A stretch of 64,000 nt of DNA from Macrostomum lignano (GCA_002269645.1 NIVC01000575.1:124001-188000), one strand, 5' to 3'; numbered from the stretch's first letter, positions 45,701-60,000 are shown. Numbers and translations are program-made. Notes: generated from the sequence alone by a model not told the origin.

Positions 45701-46789
45701 GACACAAGCAGAGCTCCGTGGCATCTCAGACACTGCAAAGAAGCCTAGCAAAGCCATCCGTTTCACCTGTCCATCTGGGCTACTGTGCAGTAAAACTAAT
45801 TACTCAAACAGGTGATTCTACCCCGCCAGGTGAGCGGTGCACGCGCGACGAGGAAAAGACATGAGCTAGGGGCTGAGATTTCAGCTCGGGATACGGCCAC
45901 GGCGGGGGGGGGGAGAATATCAGAGTGGACGGCGCAGCCCACTAGACTAGAACCACAGCTAATCCTGATTGCGGGATATTATTTTATTTTCGGCCGCATC
46001 CCTACTCTCGATTTCTCAAAATGAGTCGCCCCAATAGTCTCTCCCGCCCTATCACTCCTATTCCCATCCTTTTTCATCTCTGTTCCGTAATCTCTCCCGC
46101 CTACTTCTACCATCCCAGTCCGCTGGCTCGATGCTCGCGGACGAGGGGTGGGCGAGGAGGCGCGGCGGTGTCCCCGCAGCCGCAATTGGAGAGAGAAAGA
46201 TCGCTGTCTCCCCGAATGCCCCCCTCCCCTCTCTCTGTCTCCGCCAGCCCGTGTGTGTGCGAAGGCTGATGCAAGGCTCGGCGGGACGGGAGGCCGTGTT
46301 TCACTTCCATCCCGCCACCCCACCCCGGCAGAGTCGCACCATTACTCTGACCTCCTAGTTGCTGCTCCCGCTCCTTCTTTCTTTCTCCATCGCCCCTCCC
46401 CTTCCCCTCCATTGCTGCCATCTCAGTCCCCCAGACCGCTGCGACGGGCGAGTAGACGATGAGGCGGAGTTCTTCCCACCCCACCCCTCCCCCTGTTCTC
46501 CCCATGTATTCCCCTACAGCCTCCTCTTGTGCTTTTCCACGCCTCAGTATAGGGGAGCTCAAACGCGACGAATATGAGAGCGACTGTGATTATAGCGATG
46601 TTTAAGAGAGGCGATGACTTATAAGATGAAGCGCACTTGAAGAGTGAACATTTTTGCTATCGCTTCAGCCAGACTGAGACCGTTGCAGAGGTGCAGAAGG
46701 AAGTCTTAGAAATCCAATCGGTCGGAGGCTTCGATTAGTGACGCAGATCGCACGGCCACAGCTGAGGCGCCGGCGGCTGAGGCGGCGGC

Positions 46790-47722
46790 ATGGGCGGCAG
46801 GAAGCTACCGATCGGCTCCTCCAGAGCATCCAGCTCGGCTGCTGCTGCCACTGCTGCGGCTGTAGCCACGGCTGCCGCTTCAACTGGAGCAGCAGCTTCG
46901 ATGCGTCGCGGCTCCCGACCGAGGGCCGGCTCCTCCGCTGAGATCTCTGCTATCGATCTCAGCCTGCTGCTGGCGCTCTACCAGAGCCTGCTTGGCCAGC
47001 TGGGCACGACGGTCGACAGCCGACGGGCCAGGGATGACTTGCACAATCTGCGGAATCGAGCCTGGGACCAGGTAAATCTGGCGTACCAGCTTCAGCAGCA
47101 GAACCAGCAACAACAGGAGCAGAACCAGCAACAGCAGCAACAGGCTCTCAATCTTCTCGTAGAATCTGTCGCCTACTTTGCCGATCTGCTATTGATGACG
47201 CACCGTCTGATGCAGAGGTTCCCGGCAACCGATCAGCAGAGCGCATCCGCTTCCAGCGGCCCCATCCCTGTTGGCCTGCACGAAGGCCAGCGGCTGCCCG
47301 GCGGCCACCACCACGGCCGAATGTCGGCCTCGGCAGCAGCCGCAGCTGCTGCAGCAGCTACCACGTGGAATCCCCTGGCAGATGCAGACAGAGCGCGCGA
47401 ACTGGCAGACAGTCTCAGACAGCAGCAGCAACAGCAGCAGTTGCCAGTAGGCGCTGATTCAAGCGACCGTCAGCAGCAGCAGCAGCAGCAGCACCATCAG
47501 CTGGAAGAGACCTGGTCCGCTCTGATTCGCACGGACAGCAGCGACAGCTTTGACAGCTACGTGTTTCAGCATCAGCCGGTGCTGCTAGAAATTCACACCG
47601 GTTCCAGAGGGCGCCGCCGTCGTTGCGTGGCGCTGATCGTTGTTGTCCTGGTGGTCATAATCACATTCGCGGTTGTGCTGGGCGTCTGCATCACTCTGCT
47701 CACGCCAAGGCACCCGCCCTGA
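46790..47722 (+). CDS. RGS9BP/R9AP (RGS anchor)-like tail-anchored protein, intronless CDS, up to 310 aa
   Basis: Segments LLLALYQSLLGQLGTTVDSRRARDDLHNLRNRAWDQV and VAYFADLLLMTHRLMQRFP resemble the R9AP/R7BP syntaxin-Habc-like bundle. Basic patch RGRRRR followed by a C-terminal TM (CVALIVVVLVVIITFAVVLGVCITLL). PolyQ/polyA inserts. The start could be 46790 or the second Met (MRRGSRP). Confidence 0.6.
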   Translation: MGGRKLPIGSSRASSSAAAATAAAVATAAASTGAAASMRRGSRPRAGSSAEISAIDLSLLLALYQSLLGQLGTTVDSRRARDDLHNLRNRAWDQVNLAYQLQQQNQQQQEQNQQQQQQALNLLVESVAYFADLLLMTHRLMQRFPATDQQSASASSGPIPVGLHEGQRLPGGHHHGRMSASAAAAAAAAATTWNPLADADRARELADSLRQQQQQQQLPVGADSSDRQQQQQQQHHQLEETWSALIRTDSSDSFDSYVFQHQPVLLEIHTGSRGRRRRCVALIVVVLVVIITFAVVLGVCITLLTPRHPP

Positions 47723-50059
47723 CAACCCTGAAAATTCAGACTCGCTCCCCTTGTCGCTTCTTGTCCCTCCCTGTCTTTAACTACATGAACTTGTCAACTG
47801 TCTTTAAATAGCGTTTTACCTAAGGTCACTACTTGCCCAAGCCACTAACACATTTTGCAACAATATGCTTTCACAGCCCCGCAAATCTGCCACGACCTAT
47901 GCTTGCCTAGGCTATAAATGTATTTGAAATGCGAGTTATCCGAAATTTGTTGCCGAAATTTGTCTTTGTCACTTTCTGTTTATTTAATTAGTGATCAAAA
48001 AGCTGTGTTGTGTTGCCCTGGGTAGTCGATTATGACAGGTGTCGGAGCTGCTGCACTCAAATTGTTACGGATAAAACTTTCTCGAAAGTCATTAGGGCAT
48101 TTAGGACAAAGTCTGTGTACGTACAGGAAACCAATGTATTTTCAGTGGTCCATTGTGGCTCAAAAGATAGCGTACGATTAAATTGTATCGAAGCTTGGGA
48201 CACACGTACGACAACAATAAAACCTATTAAATGTCTCTTTCATTCAACTCAGGATGGATTATCTATTCGATTCATAACTGCAAGCAAGAAATCAAATGAA
48301 GCAACTTGCGATTGGTCACGTTTTCCCACTGAAGCTTTTGTTGGTAGCTGCTCTCTCCTAATAACGAGTGATTGTGATCCAATGAAGCATGACTGATCCG
48401 TGCTCCGTCAGCGCTACTGCTCAAAGGCTGTCCAATAGAACGCCCTCAGTCTTGTGAGTGACAACTCATGTAACATATTGCATGAATACTAATACAGGCC
48501 CTTTCTCTCACATAGCGAGAGCAACAGACTGAGGTTGTTTTGTTGAACTATTTGTACTTTGGAGCAGTATAGCTCCGTAAAGCTTGTCCACCCCTCTTAT
48601 GAATATATTGGATCACCTATTCGGCTATTAGCTGTTTCGCGGGCTCGCATTTTCGAAGGCAGATAATGATAGTGGCTGAAGGACTAATTGTTGGTTAATT
48701 TTAGAACATTGTCTAGGTCTGCTAATGTCAATAGCGGATCGCTGTTGTTGAACGTACCATACATGTAGTTCATGTCAAAAAAATTCTCCCGGCTGTTGCG
48801 TCTTTCTTTGCTGAGGCAGCGAAGTCCGCGGCTGTTTAAAATTCTTCACTATCCTTGGTCTCGAGATCCAATTCAGTTCACACATTTAATTGTTAAATTT
48901 GTCCCTTAGTTTCTTCTGCGCGTCAAGCTTTCCATTTCGATCACGTGACCGATAAACTCAACGGGACGTACTGGTATTTAAAAGAGATCAAAACTTCTTT
49001 TGGGACTCCTAATTTAGGTTAGAGCACCAGTCCGGGTCTCTGAGTCGGCACGCGCTGCAAAATGGGGAATGAAGGACAAGAGAATGTCTGGGAACAGCTT
49101 CTGTCCCGTTCCTTCGAGTGTCATGCTGAGCAGAGCGATGGGGCGCCTCCGTCTCTCTGATCAGGCCGGGCGATCAAGGGGACAGTGGGTGAAGGGGGGG
49201 GGCTTTGCAAAATCCGGTTAGGGGGAAATCAAATCGAGCCCCCTGCCGCTCCCCCAGCCTCTTCATCAGCATCTTCCCCTCCGTCTCTCACTCTCTGGCA
49301 GCGAGGCCTCTCAAATTTCATTTCTGGGCCGGGCCTTGAGTCTGCGCCGAGTCCCTCGGCATTGGAGACATGGAGTTCTAGGCCTAGATACCTGGATTAG
49401 AAGCAAACAGGAAAAGTCACGTTCTTACTGTTCAAATATGGCCGCCTTTTTTAGATTTTCAGCGATGCCTTTGCTATAAAATTCATAGAATTTAACAGAC
49501 CGAAGTTTATTTTGGCATAAACAATTAAAAAACAACTTTAAAAATTGAATAAACCCAAACAGAAGCTATCCTTATTTTTTCCACATGCGCTTTTTAAAGT
49601 CGTGACAAAATGTAAAAAAAACTCAGAAGAATGGGGGTCCGAGGTTTTCACTCCAGATGCTGCATCTAGAATTCCATGGCTCAACGAATTCGCTGTGCAG
49701 TGAAGAGAGACGGGGAGAATGGGGAGGGTGAAGGAGAGAAATGAAACTTAGGCGTAGCGCAAGCACCCGATGGGGAAGGGGAAGGGATCGGAGAGCCGAC
49801 TTAAGCCGTCCTTCGGCTCGTCGTCTGCTGTCGCATGCGAGGGCCGTTCGCTTCCTCCTACGCAGTGGGGCCGCATGGCTGAGTCGTCCTGCTCTCGTCA
49901 AGAGCTGTTGGAGAAAAGGGAAATGCAATGCAACAGGAGCAGCAATTCAATGGAGCTACGCGTCTAATGAGAATGCCTGCAGCAGTTCAACACAGAACAT
50001 CGACAAATTTTGGTTACTTTGTTTTAAATACCTAACCTCTAAGTCGTTTGAACAGACTT

Positions 50060-51565
50060 TATGTGTGTCCAGTGTCCATTGTTAATCAGCTCAATATCTG
50101 TCCAGTGTCTATTGTTGATCAGCTCAATGTCTGTCCAGTGTCTATTGTTGATCAGCTCAATGTCTGTCCAGTGTCTATTGTTGATCAGCTCAATGTCTGT
50201 CCAGTGTCTATTGTTGATCAGCTCAATGTCTGTCCAGTGTCTATTGTTGATCAGCTCAATATCTGTCCAGTGTCCATTGTTGATCAGCTCAATATCTGTC
50301 CAGTGTCCATTGTTGATCAGCTCAATGTCTGTCCAGTGACCATTGTTGATCAGCTCAATGTCTGTCCAGTGACCATTGTTGATCAGCTCAATGTCTGTCC
50401 AGTGTCTATTGTTGATCAGCTCAATGTCTGTCTAGTGTCTATTGTTGATCAGCTCAATGTCTGTCCAGTGACCATTGTTGATCAGCTCAATGTCTGTCCA
50501 GTGTCTATTGTTGATCATTTTAACACCTTCTCAATGCCTGTCTAGTGTCTATTGTTGATCATTTTAACACCTTCTCAATGCCTGTCTAGTGTCCATTGTT
50601 GATCATTTTAACACCTTCTCAATGCCTGTCTAGTGTCCATTGTTGATCATTTTAACACCTTCTCAATGCCTGTCTAGTGTCCATTGTTGATCATTTTAAC
50701 ACCTTCTCAATGCCTGTCTAGTGTCCATTGTTGATCATTTTAACACCTTCTCAATGCCTGTCTAGTGTCCATTGTTGATCATTTTAACACCTTCTCAATG
50801 TCTGTCCAGTGTCTATTGTTGATCATTTTAACACCTTCTCAATGCCTGTCTAGTGTCCATTGTTGATCATTTTAACACCTTCTCAATGCCTGTCTAGTGT
50901 CCATTGTTGATCATTTTAACACCTTCTCAATGCCTGTCTAGTGTCCATTGTTGATCATTTTAACACCTTCTCAATGCCTGTCTAGTGTCCATTGTTGATC
51001 ATTTTAACACCTTCTCAATGCCTGTCCAGTGTCCATTGTTGATCATTTTAACACCTTCTCAATGCCTGTCTAGTGTCCATTTTTGATCATTTTAACACCT
51101 TCTCAATGCCTGTCCAGTGTCCATTGTTGATCATTTTAACACCTTCTCAATGCCTGTCTAGTGTCCATTGTTGATCATTTTAACACCTTCTCAATGCCTG
51201 TCCAGTGTCCATTGTTGATCATTTTAACACCTTCTCAATGCCTGTCTAGTGTCCATTGTTGATCATTTTAACACCTTCTCAATGCCTGTCCAGTGTCCAT
51301 TGTTGATCATTTTAACACCTTCTCAATGCCTGTCTAGTGTCCATTGTTGATCATTTTAACACCTTCTCAATGCCTGTCCAGTGTCCATTGTTGATCATTT
51401 TAACACCTTCTCAATGCCTGTCTAGTGTCCATTGTTGATCATTTTAACACCTTCTCAATGCCTGTCCAGTGTCCATTGTTGATCATTTTAACACCTTCTC
51501 AATGCCTGTCCAGTGTCTATTGTTGATCATTTTAACACCTTCTCAATGCCTGTCCAGTGTCCATT
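50060..51565. repeat. Compound minisatellite: 33-bp unit (50060-~50515) switching to a related 44-bp unit (~50515-51565)
   Basis: GTCTGTCCAGTGTCTATTGTTGATCAGCTCAAT, then GCCTGTCTAGTGTCCATTGTTGATCATTTTAACACCTTCTCAAT. Confidence 0.96.
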
Positions 51566-52281
51566 TACCACCCGAAAGTTGACTTGTTGAACAATTTTCA
51601 TTGACTGTCTACAGATGAACACAATCTCTTACTCAGAATAGTTGTAATTGGCCATTTAAGTGTAACTAATAGAAAATCCGCAACAACAGCTGCAGTTCTG
51701 AGCAAAGCAGGTGTTCAGCTATTTCAGAGAGCTACGCGCTCCCTGCTCTGATGATCCCCTATATGCTGGTATGGGCGGTAGTCCTCAAGCCCGGCTCTCT
51801 CTCCCACTTATTCTGGCCAGGGGAGGCCCTCTCTTCTCAGTAATTTGAAGGCTCGACAAGACTCGAGTGTGGTGCAGCATCTCCCGCAATGGCAAAGAAG
51901 CGCCGCCTCTCTGTCGGTCTCACAAAGCGGCTTACAGCTAAAAGAGGAAAGAGAGCCAAGGACGGAAGCAGACGGCCACTCCACCCCCCTCCTTTGCGCC
52001 TTCAATGTCCAAAAAGCCAAAGGGATTTTGCGCAGTCTAATCTCTGTCGCTTTGCTGCTGGGCTAACCAGAGAAAAGGACAGCGAAAAAGCAGAAGAAGA
52101 GCGAAGACCATTCGGCGCCTTTTTCAACTTATTTCACAGACTTGCTGAGGACAGGCAAGTCGAAAAGGAAGCCGTGTCCGCTACTATTATGTAGCTTATG
52201 CAGTGCATCCACGAGCGACGGGGGAACTTCTGCTTTTGGTGAACCTCACGGTAGCTACGTAAAAATTATCATGGTACTACA

Positions 52282-52440
52282 GGGAGGCGCAGCCTAATAG
52301 TCTAGCGCGGCGCTCTGCTGTGCCAGCGGCCCAGGCTCGATTCCAAGTGCAGTCGCATTAATTTGAAGCTAAATTGGAATCTCGGCTTGGGTCTCTCTGC
52401 TCAAGGCACAATAAAGTGTACATGCCTAACGATAAATAAA
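52282..52440 (+). mobile_element. tRNA-derived SINE-like element
   Basis: GGGAGGCGCAGCCTAATAGTCTAGCGCGG (A-box-like), GGCTCGATTCC (B-box-like, ~52334-52344), and an end in GATAAATAAA. Confidence 0.5.
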
Positions 52441-53149
52441 GTTGGGGCCGCTTTACACTCCTGTGTGAGTGTGCGCCTGTGCGTCTGACTGCGTACGTAT
52501 CCGCACGCTTGTGTGCCTGCTCAGGGGAGTCGGCAGATTGGGATTAGTTGTCACTTAGTAGGCACACAGCCCCCTGCCTCTAATAAAAATTTATTAAAAA
52601 ATTAATCTGCGTATGGAAAATAAAATATTTATTTTATTGAACTGGCCAGTCGAAGTGGAGGACGTGAGGCTGACGTGTTGCGTGTTACTCGTACTTTGGT
52701 AAAGCACTCAAAATTTTCCCGGCTTTATTTACAAAAAAACCGGCAGAGATTCGTTTAACTGACAATACTACTATAAGTAATGCAAATATTGAATGCGTTC
52801 ATTGAAAAAGTTTTCTTGCATTTGTATCTTCAGCATGAAAAAAAGCGTGAAAAATCTTGGGGATTAATCTAATATTAGTATTAGAATTTTATAAATCCAA
52901 TTCTTCCAAATTATGCATATGCAGTTGGAAGTCACGGAAAGGTTTAAAAAGTTGGCCTTAAATAAAAATTTAGTGAATTTTGTGGTGTCGCTTTTTTACA
53001 TGAATATTCTAAAGTAGTAATTAAGGTTTTAAAGTGCAGACTACCCCGGAGAATTATTATACAACAAGTAGATAAACCAATAAGTTTTCGACGTTCAGTA
53101 TTCAATAACAGCCCCTTTCAATATACGCTCGAACATAGACTGGTATTCA

Positions 53150-53700
53150 ACCACCCTCCCAAAGTCCAAACTTTAGTATACATGGACTAGCATTCAACCC
53201 CCCCCCCCGCCCCCAAAGTTTAGCATACATGGACTAGCATTCAACCCCCCCGCCCCCCAAAGTTTAGTATACATGGACTAGCATTCAACCCCACCCCAAA
53301 GTTTAGTATACATGGACTAGCATTCAACCCCCCCCCAAAGTTTAGTATACATGGACTAGCATTCAACCCCCCCCCCAAATTTTAGTATACATGGACTAGC
53401 ATTCAACCCCCCAAAGTTTAGTATACATGGACTAGCATTCAACCCCCCCCCCAAAGTTTAGTATACATGGACTAGCATTCAACCCCCCCCCAAACTTTAG
53501 TATACATGGACTAGCATTCAACCCCCGCCCCCCAAAGTTTAGTATACATGGACTAGCATTCAACCCCCCCCAAAGTTTAGTATACATGGACTAGCATTCA
53601 ACCCCCCCCAAAGTTTAGTATACATGGACTAGCATTCAACCCCCCCAACGTTTAGTATACATGGACTAGCATTCAACCCCCCCCAAGTTTAGTATACATT
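53150..53700. repeat. ~36-45-bp minisatellite (AAAGTTTAGTATACATGGACTAGCATTCAA plus a variable poly-C)
   Basis: About 14 copies with a constant core and variable C-run. Confidence 0.94.
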
Positions 53701-55220
53701 GTTAGCGAAAAGGAATAGTATAGTATTCAACCCCCGCCGATGATCAGTTTACGCATGCATCGTATTTTATAACTACTCGTAGTTTAGTACTGGTTAAATT
53801 TAGTTGACAAAAAATTATTCATAACTTAAACTTAATAACTTAAAACGCACCACTTCTACCTAAAATATTATAGCCATATTCCAAAGTACTTATTTCATCG
53901 ATACGAATATAGCTAGCTAGGAAAATCGAATACTTTAAAGGTCCCGATGAACTCAGTGCAGTTTGTCTGTGCTTGTCTGGCCCACCCGTTAGCGACAAAA
54001 AATGTTCATAAATTAGTTGGGACTTTTCATCTAAATGGCCGACATTACCGTCAGACAGAGTTCATTATTCAACATCTTTTGTGCGTGGAAAGCCACTCGG
54101 AAATCAGACTGACTAATTTCCACTCGAATTACACGGAATCGACAAATGGGACCTGTGGTCCTGTTAATAATTAGATAACGGGATTCGACTGTCAGGGGCC
54201 CGGGGACAGTAATATAGAACTCTTTGCCTGTTTTTGCTACAAATGTGCCGAAAATACACTGAAAGTGTGGTTTTGGCGTTGGTGCTTTGTCGGTAATTTC
54301 TTCAGGTAAGGTAGCCGGACAGACCGAAGCATCATGGCTGCCCGTACAAACTTTAAATTTTGCAAATCTGCGAGCACAAAAGTTGGAAAGATTTTAATGA
54401 AACTCTGACAATTTTTAGGTTAGTTAAATTTAGAACAAATTGGGATTGTAGCTTGCAGAAGATTTTTTCACTAGTTTCGAGCTATTTATGTTTTACGCTT
54501 GAAAAAATGCCGCTCTCCCGTTCCTCGATTTCTAGCTCGTATATCAGTTTTTTTTCACATTCAAAACAAATGCGGAGTTTTCACTCGCGCCCATATGCCG
54601 CCACACCTGTTTGCCTGCCCCGTAGTCAGGTTTCGCTGCTCTCCCTCTCCCTCCCTCTCTTGCCAGCGCTTCCTGTTGAAAATTTCCCCACTCCGTGGCA
54701 TGGCATCCTTCGCCACTCTTCCTTCCGATGTCTCATCTCGCTCTTCCTCCCCTCGCTAAATCCCCGAGCCTCAGCAAGTCTATAGGAAGCTCTCTCGTCA
54801 GGCCCTCGGTCGCGCGGCGCTCAACTGGATTGGACAACGAGACGAAAGCTCGCAGACGGAAGGAAATTTGGGGAACGGATGAGGGCGCGGGGCGGAGGAC
54901 TAAAGATTCGGAGTAGCTGAAATCAAAAGTGGATTTCTTGACTGGCGATTGCTCGAGCTCGGGGCATCATCCCAGCGCCCTTGGTGAATTTTACCTCTGA
55001 CTCGGCACTCAGAAGGGTAGAGATTCCACTGTATCTCAGAATTTTACGCATTGTTTTTTTGCACACACAGAGCCAGCATTCTTATCGTGTCGTTTCGGCG
55101 AAATATTTTGTCTAAGCGTACACCCTTTTGAAGGTTAGTATGAATGCATTATTTGATTTTATACATCTATCTAAATATTATCATTTTACACATCTAAAAG
55201 TGACCTACGAAAGGTCGTAG

Positions 55221-55392
55221 CTGTGTTGTTTATTTGAGGTGTCGTTATTAGTGAAGGAGTGAGGTGATTGTGTTGTGTTTATTTGAGGCGTCATTATTAG
55301 TAAAGAAATGAGGTGGCTTTGTTGTATTTATTTGAGGCGTCATTATTAGCGAAGGAGTGAGGTGGCTGTGTTGTGTTAATTTGAGGTGTCGC
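55221..55392. repeat. ~49-bp degenerate repeat x~3.5
   Basis: TGTGTTG..TTTATTTGAGG(C/T)GTC(A/G)TTATTAG.GAAGGAGTGAGGTG recurs. Confidence 0.8.
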
Positions 55393-55566
55393 TCCAGTGA
55401 GTTCACTGAGAATAATTGCATACGGGCTAATCAACTGGAGCTGCTTAATAATTGAAATGTGACTCCTGGAGAGCGAAGCAGGCTTTGCTGCTAAAATTTT
55501 GCTGTCAACTCCAGCTGGAAGCGGAAGTCAAATCGATGCTTTCGATGCATCTTCATTCCCAGTTTC

Positions 55567-56388
55567 ATCTACATGCAGTTACTTAAGTATCTGTGGGAGG
55601 GATATGACATCAGATAGGCGGTAAGTGACCAATCTACATGCAGTTACTTAAGTATCTGTGGGAGGGATATGACATCAGATAGGCGGTAAGTGACCAATCT
55701 ACATGCAGTTACTTAAGTATCTGTGGGAGGGATGTGACATCAGATAGGCGGTAAGTGACCAATCTACATGCAGTTACTTAAGTATCTGTGGGAGGGATGT
55801 GACATCAGATAGGCGGTAAGTGACCAATCTACATGCAGTTACTTAAGTATCTGTGGGAGGGATGTGACATCAGATAGGCGGTAAGTGACCAATCTACATG
55901 CAGTTACTTAAGTATCTGTGGGAGGGATGTGACATCAGATAGGCGGTAAGTGACCAATCTACATGCAGTTACTTAAGTATCTGTGGGAGGGATGTGACAT
56001 CAGATAGGCGGTAAGTGACCAATCTACATGCAGTTACTTAAGTATCTGTGGGAGGGATGTGACATCAGATAGGCGGTAAGTGACCAATCTACATGCAGTT
56101 ACTTAAGTATCTGTGGGAGGGATGTGACATCAGATAGGCGGTAAGTGACCAATCTACATGCAGTTACTTAAGTATCTGTGGGAGGGATGTGACATCAGAT
56201 AGGCGGTAAGTGACCAATCTACATGCAGTTACTTAAGTATCTGTGGGAGGGATATGACATCAGATAGGCGGTAAGTGACCAATCTACATGCAGTTACTTA
56301 AGTATCTGTGGGAGGGATGTGACATCAGATAGGCGGTAAGTGACCAATCTACATGCAGTTACTTAAGTATCTGTGGGAGGGATATGAC
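55567..56388. repeat. 65-bp minisatellite x~12.5, nearly invariant
   Basis: TCTACATGCAGTTACTTAAGTATCTGTGGGAGGGAT(A/G)TGACATCAGATAGGCGGTAAGTGACCAA; period measured from 55569 to 55634. Confidence 0.97.
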
Positions 56389-57156
56389 GGCTGAGGCGGC
56401 TGAGGTCGCAGCGGCAGTGACAGCAGCGATTCAGTTTAAGCTCAGAGAGGCAGAAGATGAAGATTGAAAAGCTCGCTTTGCGCTGAAGCCACTGCGCTGG
56501 GCAGGGGGAATCAGATTTAAAGAAGACCCGTTGTTACTATGGCCGCTGAAGCGATGCCTCCACAACACTAGGTGCTGCTGCACAATGGGTCTGGGTGGTC
56601 TCAGTGCACATCTGGGCCAGGGGCTGGAAGCAGGCATGCAGGCGCACAAAGAAGCTTCAAGCCAGCATCCTGTATGAAAAGGCAACTCTGGCAAAATCCC
56701 CGACCCCAATGGCAGAGCAGAGACTGGGGTTTGTCGGAGGCTGCTCTCATGGTAGAAGAGATTATAAAAGAGAGACGCTGCTGCCGTCTTTTTCCGTGGG
56801 AGGTGACGGAAGAGCGAAACGGTGCGCCAAGAGGGATCAAGAAATACTGCCGGATCGCCTCCCTCTGGTGTGCGCAGGAAAGCCCAAACATTTAGTCCTT
56901 CACGGCTGAATTTTCGAACGGAGAGCCACCCAGGAGGAAGCAGCCGGTGGATTTCAGAAGAGTCCCAACTTACTTGCAGCTTTGAAATGGTAGATTCTGA
57001 GCGCCAGGCAAAGGACTTTAATAGCATTAGAACCGCTTACAGAGATAAGCGCAGCAGACTCGGTGAGGACAGGAAATGTAATTAGGCCAATCTGAGCAGC
57101 AAAGTGCAATATTTTCCCATTTACTATTTTCTCCGAGCTCAGGTGATGCCGTTTGC

Positions 57157-57327
57157 ATGGGAAGCTGCGTCTGCAGACCAGGAATCGACTCTCCAATAGC
57201 GGCTGCGCCCAACGCGACGACAGCCGCTGAGCATCTTCACCTTCAGCAACAGCAGCAGCGGCGGCTTCAGGAAGCAACTACAAAGGAGGGCCCCATCAAC
57301 ACAAGTGCCATTGCTGTACCAGTGCAG
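57157..57327 (+). CDS. Probable first coding exon of a protein with an N-terminal myristoylation/palmitoylation-type motif (MGSCVC); candidate later exons ~58458-58583 and ~59324-59437
   Basis: Acceptor TTTTCTCCGAGCTCAG at 57141-57142, ATGG at 57157, strong donor CAG|GTAACT at 57328. The 59324-59437 segment is bounded by CCCACAG and CAG|GTGAGG. No recognisable domain. Confidence 0.45.
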
Positions 57328-58597
57328 GTAACTACAGGCATCGGCTCATTGGTGAAAAATATAAAATATGCTCGCTTGAGGCCTTCCCCAAACGCTTCAA
57401 GCCCTCAGGGAAAAGCAGTTGGTTGGATTTCTAACAGCAGTTTAAGTATTTGCCTCCAAACATGGTGAATGCAACACTACAGGATTTGCAAGTGCAACGG
57501 TTTCAGGTTCACTGAGTACTTTTACTATAAATACTAAAAATAATACTCTCAGCTATTATGATAATTGGAGTCCATCACGCCATAAAACTTAAATTCTAAG
57601 ATATCAGTTTCCATTCCGTGACAGTCTGACAGCGGGGAGATCTAGGATTTTAAGCTGACGAAAGGAATACCTAACTATACTGCCTCACCAGCTCTTGCAT
57701 CGAGAGGCATTGTCAGGGTTGCGGATTTGGCCGGGTTACGTGGCGGACTTCTGGGTCACAAGGGTGCAAATAAATTCACTGAGTGTCCATAAAAGTTTTA
57801 AATTTGGGATTTCCGACTGCATTACTGTGTGCAGTTCGTTACTTTCGTTGTATCCAACTCGATTCGACTAGCTTAATAGGTTAGAACCGAACCTTCTGCA
57901 GAGTTAAGCAGAGTTGACAATGGTTAGTTCGCAGTTCCGTAAGATCCCACCGTTGCTTGTGGCGGCTTTTTGCCTTTTTATAATATACCGGATCGCCGAT
58001 AATGAAACCACTCATATGGACAAAAAGAAAATCTGTTCTGTTGGCAGCCATTTTGCCGTTATTAGTTAGGCTACTCTGGCTCTCATTTGCCCTCAGGCAA
58101 GCTGCAAAGAATGCCTCCGAATAGGCGAACATCGTTTGGTTCTTGTCAACCGCGAGAATCAGGGGCCGAAGGCTGCGCTGCTACTCATTTTGAAAGCGAA
58201 TCACGAATGCATTGCCTGACACAAACTCGCAGCCGCTTCTCTGGCTGGGCGGCTTTGGAAATATCGAAAGTAGTTTTCCTTGCGCAAAGATGCACAAGGT
58301 CCTGAGCTCGATTCCATATTTGGGTAGCAGATAAGAGGAATAAGCTATTTGCAAATTAGCAGCGTAATTTCATTATTTTTGACCAATTTTTTATCCATTC
58401 TCTGAGCTTCTGGTTAATGATACTTTGCTTCCAACCCGACCGGCCGCCCGAACGCAGCGAATTTCCGTCATGTCCATCCGAGAAGGCGTTGCTATGCTAA
58501 CGCCGACTGTGCGATTTCCGCAGGCGCTGGACTCCTCCGACGGCTGCAGGCGACCGTCAGCTGAGTCTGTCGGACTGGCATGGGTGCGACTGGGGCT

Positions 58598-58910
<313 letters not shown>

Positions 58911-59533
58911 ACAGTTCCTTTGTGGTCCCCCTGTTCTTGTGTTCTTGTCGGCAACCTGTTCAGCCAATTTACTAACATCAGCAGCTCATACTAATATTGC
59001 TTCACTCTGCAGTGGCCTGGAATGCAGCCGGCTCAAAAAGCTTTTGCAGCTCTGTTTGCGGTAGAAAATCCCGCGACTTCTGAATCTTTTTTCCTTAGAA
59101 GTTTTACTCAGAAGATGAAAATTAGCCCAAGTAGATCAGAGAACTGGAGGTTGTGACAAAAAACTAATTTGCTCAGAGTAAGATGAGTGACATTGCCGTG
59201 AACATTGTGTGTAGTCTTAAAACTATTTTGTGAGCTAACATCCGCGATGCTACTAACAGACGTTCTAATTACTCAAATTGTGTGCAACCCCCCCCCCCCT
59301 GCTCAACCCTCTCCCGCCCACAGCAGCGCAACAGCGGCGGCCTTTTTGGCTTGGCGGAGAGGCGAGGAGACACAGCGGCTTCATCACAGCTGCCAGCCTC
59401 CAACGGCGGCTCAGTTTCTCGGACTCGAGTGGTGCAGGTGAGGCCGGTGCCCCGACCTACTGCGGCAGCCGAGGAGCCCAGGACGGATGCGATGCAGCGA
59501 CGGGAAGAAATGCGTGAGAGCGGGTTTATATTG

Positions 59534-60000
59534 GATCAGCAATCCATTCCATTCCCTTATCTATGATTGACTAGATCAGCAATCCATTCCATTCCCTTAT
59601 CTATGATTGCCTAGATCAGCAATCCATTCCATTCCCTTATCTATGATTGACTAGATCAGCAATCCATTCCATTCCCTTATCTATGATTGACTAGATCAGC
59701 AATCCATTCCATTCCCTTATCTATGATTGACTAGATCAGCAATCCATTCCATTCCCTTATCTATGATTGACTAGATCAGCAATCCATTCCATTCCCTTAT
59801 CTATGATTGACTAGATTAGCAATCCATTATATTCCCTTTCTATGATTGACTAGATCAGCAATCCATTCCATTCCCTTATATATTATTGGCTAGACTAACA
59901 ATCCACTTTATCCATTAATATATGATTGGCTAGATTAGCAGTCCATTCTTTTCCCTTATCTATGATTAACTAGATTAGCAATCCATTCTAATCCCTTATC
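59534..60000. repeat. 40-bp minisatellite (GATCAGCAATCCATTCCATTCCCTTATCTATGATTGACTA) diverging toward its 3' end
   Basis: About 11 copies; period measured from 59534 to 59574. Confidence 0.95.

Noticed and set aside
51808-52194. Lys/Arg-rich short ORFs
   Set aside because: No ATG or splice framework I could make consistent, and no recognisable motif.
55567-56388. 65-bp array as a CRISPR array
   Set aside because: Units are head-to-tail and nearly identical with no unique spacers; no cas genes; eukaryotic context.
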